Positions 60,339 to 64,000 of a stretch of 64,000 nt of DNA are shown here, piece after piece. Source of the stretch: Synechococcus sp. Lineage in GTDB: Bacteria; Cyanobacteriota; Cyanobacteriia; PCC-6307; Cyanobiaceae. Made by a program: the position numbers and the translations under genes. The DNA lies in contig JBJBDC010000001.1 of the NCBI GenBank assembly GCA_047285535.1, forward strand, positions 672,136 to 736,135. The letters run 5' to 3'. How positions within the stretch are numbered: the first letter of the stretch is position 1; each line of letters begins with the position of its first letter. A model generated the notes under the pieces. That model was not told where the DNA came from and searched no databases. It saw only the letters and a list, made by a program, of their open reading frames with translations.

Positions 60339-61415
60339 ATGTCAGATTGCACCAACGCTGAGGTTCCCGTCACCATCCTGAGTGGGTTTCTAGGTGCTGG
60401 GAAAACCACGTTGCTTAATCACATCCTCAGCAATCAGCAGGGTGTAAAGACGGCCGTATTGGTGAATGAGTTTGGTGAAATCGGCATTGATCACGACCTG
60501 ATCGTGACAACAAATGATGACATGGTGGAGTTGAGTAATGGCTGCATCTGCTGCTCCATCAATGACGAGCTCAAAGAGGCTGTTGAGCGAATTCTTGAAC
60601 GGCCACAAAAGATGGATTACATCGTGGTTGAGACAACGGGCTTAGCCGATCCTCTGCCTGTGGCGATGACCTTCGGCGCCAGTGAATTACGGGACTCCAC
60701 ACGCCTCGACTCGATCATCACGATGATCGACGCTGAGAACTTTAATGATGACTTACTGCACACCCAGGTCGGCCGATCTCAGGTGATCTATGGCGACATC
60801 CTGTTGCTTAATAAATGTGATCTGGTCTCCAAGGAACGCCTTGAAACCGTTGAGAAAAAACTACGCGACATCAAGACTGATGCCCGCATCATTCACTCCG
60901 TCCAAGGGGAAGTCCCCCTTGCTTTGTTATTGAGCGTCGGATTATTTGAAACCGACAAGGTTGTCAATGCAAGTGACCACGACCACGACCACAGCCACGA
61001 CCACAGCCACGACCACAGCCACGACCACAGCCACGACCACAGCCACGACCACAGCCATCACGGCCACAACCACAACCATCACGGCCATCATGATCACGGG
61101 GGCCATCCGGACCATCAGGCGATCGAAGGCTTCACCTCCCTGTCTTTCGAGAGCAATGGGCCTTTTTCGCTACGAAAATTTCAGTATTTTCTCGACAACC
61201 AGCTCCCTCAGGAGGTGTTTCGCTCTAAGGGAATTCTCTGGTTCCAGGAAAGTGAACGCCGTCATGTGTTCCACTTAACCGGCAAGCGCTTCTCCATCAA
61301 TGACAGCGATTGGACTGGAGAACGCAAAAATCAGATTGTCATGATCGGACGTGACATCAATCACGACTCCTTGCGTCAGCAGCTGCAGAACTGTGTAGCC
61401 GGCGACAACTCCTGA
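60339..61415 (+). CDS. COG0523/CobW-family metallochaperone GTPase with His-rich insert
   Basis: SGFLGAGKTT, NEFG, GCICC, ETTGLADP, NKCD, His tract, CobW_C domain. Start reassigned to ATG 60339. Confidence 0.94.
   Translation: MSDCTNAEVPVTILSGFLGAGKTTLLNHILSNQQGVKTAVLVNEFGEIGIDHDLIVTTNDDMVELSNGCICCSINDELKEAVERILERPQKMDYIVVETTGLADPLPVAMTFGASELRDSTRLDSIITMIDAENFNDDLLHTQVGRSQVIYGDILLLNKCDLVSKERLETVEKKLRDIKTDARIIHSVQGEVPLALLLSVGLFETDKVVNASDHDHDHSHDHSHDHSHDHSHDHSHDHSHHGHNHNHHGHHDHGGHPDHQAIEGFTSLSFESNGPFSLRKFQYFLDNQLPQEVFRSKGILWFQESERRHVFHLTGKRFSINDSDWTGERKNQIVMIGRDINHDSLRQQLQNCVAGDNS
60987..61058 (+). repeat. 12-bp coding tandem repeat (GACCACAGCCAC) x6 = (DHSH)6
   Basis: Units at 60987, 60999, 61011, 61023, 61035 and 61047; the last ends CAT. 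Confidence 0.95.
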
Positions 61416-61570
61416 GTCCGTATGGATCGCTGAGTGAGCCCTATTGATGGAAACAGACCTCGCTGAGCACTGCAAACTGGGCCTGCAATCTTGTGATCAA
61501 CAACTTTGCTGTTGTGAGAAGAAAAAATAGGCCATTGGTGCTCAATCCCTACAAGCAACCGTGGGACTGA

Positions 61571-63064
61571 TCATTGAAGTCCGGTCTCTAGCTCCAGGCC
61601 AGCCCGGCTGAAGTTCCACTGCTGGATCGCGATGGCTTTGGCACTGCGAGCGGCCTGAAGATCGCGCTTGACAAGCAGCAGTTCGGTGATCGGCGCGATA
61701 CCAGCTCGGTAGCGGAGCTGGGCATCACGCACCGCTTCCTCACTGGCGATCTCCGCATCAAGACTAGCTTTCATGGCCTCACCAGCACTGCGGTTGGTAT
61801 GCCAGAACGTTTCCACCGCCTGAATGATTGTCTGTTCACGTTGTTGCAGCAGGAGTCGTTGTTCCTGCGCTTGGCTACGGGCCAGAGCCGTGGTCTGAGT
61901 CGCCAGACCACCATCAAAGAGGGGTTGGCGCAGGTTGAGCATGATGCCGTAGTCGTAGAAACTTCCACTTGCACTACCGCTGCTGCTCACTGCGGGCAGG
62001 TTCACCTCTCCAGCGATCGGAACATTGCCAAGGCTGCTGCTTCCATTGAGCACCGGCACGTTGAGACGGTCGCCGTTGATCCCACCTCCAAGCAGCACAC
62101 CGATGCGCGGCAACCTGCTGCCTTGCGCAGCTTGCACCTTGGCTTCAGCTGCGACCTGAGCCTGACGGATCACGTCCAGAGCAGGCCGGTTGCTGGTGGC
62201 AGCGACAACGGAAGCCTGCAGATCAAGTGGCCAGGCTGGAAAGGATTGAAGCGGATCACTGGCCTCCAACCGTTGCTCGGCCGGCAGGTCCAGTAAACGG
62301 GCCAGGGCGCTGGCCGCAATCGCTCTGGTCGATTGTGCGGAACTGAGGCCGCTTTGATCGGTGGACAGGAGGGCACGGGCCTGAAACACATCGATGCGTG
62401 CCCCCAGGCCAGCCTCAAGCAGGGCTTCCGCATCCTTGAGGAGATTGGCGGAGAGATCGATCGAACGCAACCAGATGGGAATCAACGCATCAGCAAGCTG
62501 CAGATTCAGGTAGGCGTTCGTGATCGCAAAGCGACTCTGACGCCTCTGCTCCAGCAAGCGAGCGTCAGCGGCCTGATCGAGGGCCTTGGCGGCTGCGAGC
62601 AATGGTCCCCGTTCGAAATCCACCAATGGATAGCGAAGGGCGAGTCCGATGTTGCCGAAGCTGTTCTGGATCAGGGCGTAGCCATTGCCGCTGAGATCGA
62701 AATTGAGATCGCCAACGGTGGGCAGATTGGAGATGAAACCGATTGAACTGCCTACCTGCGCCCAGCTGGCCAGGCCCACCACATCAAGCTTCGGTTGAAA
62801 CTGACTGCGGCTGATGCCAACAGCCGCAGCCGCAGCCTCTTGTTGGAGTTCCGCCTGTTGCAGCGTCAGCGATGCGTTCAGACCGCGTTCCAAAGCCTGA
62901 TCCAGGCTCAGTGCTAACGGGGCCGCATCAACGGGGAGAACCCATCCAGCCAGCACCATCAGCTGGATCAGCAACCTTCGACCGAACAGGCCGGCGATGG
63001 AGGTAGGGATGGCTGGGAGCCCTCGAAAAACGGGGGTAGCATAGTCGTGTTTCTGGTCATTCAT
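61571..63064 (-). CDS. TolC-family outer membrane efflux protein (start uncertain)
   Basis: Signal peptide, LSLDQAL, two OEP repeats, RQPLFDGG, LRYRAG...ELL. Confidence 0.9.
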   Translation of the reverse strand: MNDQKHDYATPVFRGLPAIPTSIAGLFGRRLLIQLMVLAGWVLPVDAAPLALSLDQALERGLNASLTLQQAELQQEAAAAAVGISRSQFQPKLDVVGLASWAQVGSSIGFISNLPTVGDLNFDLSGNGYALIQNSFGNIGLALRYPLVDFERGPLLAAAKALDQAADARLLEQRRQSRFAITNAYLNLQLADALIPIWLRSIDLSANLLKDAEALLEAGLGARIDVFQARALLSTDQSGLSSAQSTRAIAASALARLLDLPAEQRLEASDPLQSFPAWPLDLQASVVAATSNRPALDVIRQAQVAAEAKVQAAQGSRLPRIGVLLGGGINGDRLNVPVLNGSSSLGNVPIAGEVNLPAVSSSGSASGSFYDYGIMLNLRQPLFDGGLATQTTALARSQAQEQRLLLQQREQTIIQAVETFWHTNRSAGEAMKASLDAEIASEEAVRDAQLRYRAGIAPITELLLVKRDLQAARSAKAIAIQQWNFSRAGLELETGLQ

Positions 63065-64000
63065 GGGCGAAGTGCTGCAGCGCTGCTGGCCAATCGCCCT
63101 GGTCACAGGCGCCACTGCGATCTGGGCCGTGCTGCCGGCGATTCAAGTGCAGGTTTTAGGTGCAGCGGTTCTGCTGGCCCCTGGTGATCGCCGGGGCCTC
63201 TACACCCGTTCTGCTGGTCAGGTGCTGAACCTCACCGTTCCAGTGGGCGCCACGGTTGTGAATCATCAGTTGTTGGCGCGCCTGAATCGCATCGACCAGG
63301 CAGCACCCGACGGAACTGTTCCATCAGGGCAAACGCAAGCTCTTGATCGCCAACTCGAGGCCAACGCCGAAAAGCAACATGGTCTGATGTTGCAATTGCG
63401 AGCCAATACAGAAGAAACAGCGGCCGTTCGCCAGCAGATCAGCACGCTTGAGGTCAGTAACCAACCGGTTGGACAGCAACTCACAGCGTTGGAAACGCTG
63501 CGTGACCAAAAGGTCATTCCCACCTACAGCCCGCTTTGGGTCACAGCACAGGATCTTTTCCTCGGGAACAAAGCTGCCATCCGTTCTCTGGAAGCCAAAA
63601 TCGCCCAGTTGAAGGCCAATCGCGGATTGATCGTGGCCGAACAGGCGCAGGCTCGGGCTTCCCGCGCAGAGCTCAAAGCCCAAATCAACGCTCTTGAGTT
63701 GCGAGCACCGGAGCCAGGGAGACTGCTGAGCTGGGCTGTGGAGGTGGGTCAGCCCGTGCTGCCGGGTCAACGCCTGGGGACCCTCGAACTTGAACGCTCA
63801 AAGTCGTCATCACGACAAGCGATGGCTGTATTTACCGAGGCGGATGCCACCCGCCTGAAGGTGGGTGAGGCGATTGAGATCGAACCCATCCTTCAGAGCC
63901 GAAATCAGTACGGCGGTACGGCGCAGCGCTATGGCGGAGTGGAAGGAACGATCACAGCCATTTCACCCACATCCCTGGATGTGGCTGCCCTGACCAGCGT
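63063..64000 (+). CDS. HlyD-family membrane fusion protein resembling NHLP/bacteriocin secretion adaptors (partial, runs off right edge)
   Basis: Manual translation: MGEVLQRCWPIALVTGATAIWAV...VLGAAVLL...SAGQVLNLTVPVGATV...coiled coil...LRAPEPGRLL...VGQPVLPGQRL...YGGVEGTI. Confidence 0.82.
   Translation, partial: MGEVLQRCWPIALVTGATAIWAVLPAIQVQVLGAAVLLAPGDRRGLYTRSAGQVLNLTVPVGATVVNHQLLARLNRIDQAAPDGTVPSGQTQALDRQLEANAEKQHGLMLQLRANTEETAAVRQQISTLEVSNQPVGQQLTALETLRDQKVIPTYSPLWVTAQDLFLGNKAAIRSLEAKIAQLKANRGLIVAEQAQARASRAELKAQINALELRAPEPGRLLSWAVEVGQPVLPGQRLGTLELERSKSSSRQAMAVFTEADATRLKVGEAIEIEPILQSRNQYGGTAQRYGGVEGTITAISPTSLDVAALTS

Overview
This 64-kb window looks like the chromosome of a marine picocyanobacterium (Synechococcus-like), judging by an hli gene, a fibrillin, a TPM protein, a TIGR04168-type phosphoesterase and devBCA. 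The first ~9 kb is core genes (purK, sugar ABC permease, aroB, MidA-type methyltransferase, TPM protein, GH104 muramidase, nadA), followed by a ligase-associated DNA repair trio (exonuclease, ATP ligase, Lhr-type helicase). A ~44-kb mosaic accessory region (about 14.5-58.2 kb) follows. It holds long AT-rich spacers, pseudogenes, two RTX-type secreted proteins, ggt, devBCA, several redox/detox enzymes, a thioredoxin-CcdA-ECF sigma-anti-sigma operon and MscS. The window ends with hisIE, a His-rich COG0523 GTPase preceded by a perfect Fur/Zur-type palindrome, TolC and a truncated HlyD-family gene. I recognised no tRNA, rRNA, CRISPR, integrase or transposase. The most notable items are a non-coding 7 x 14-bp ATCNGA array, the redox-linked ECF module, and a 1324-aa GH17 + triple-repeat + DUF1996 + RTX protein. 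All product calls come from motif recognition by eye, not database searches.
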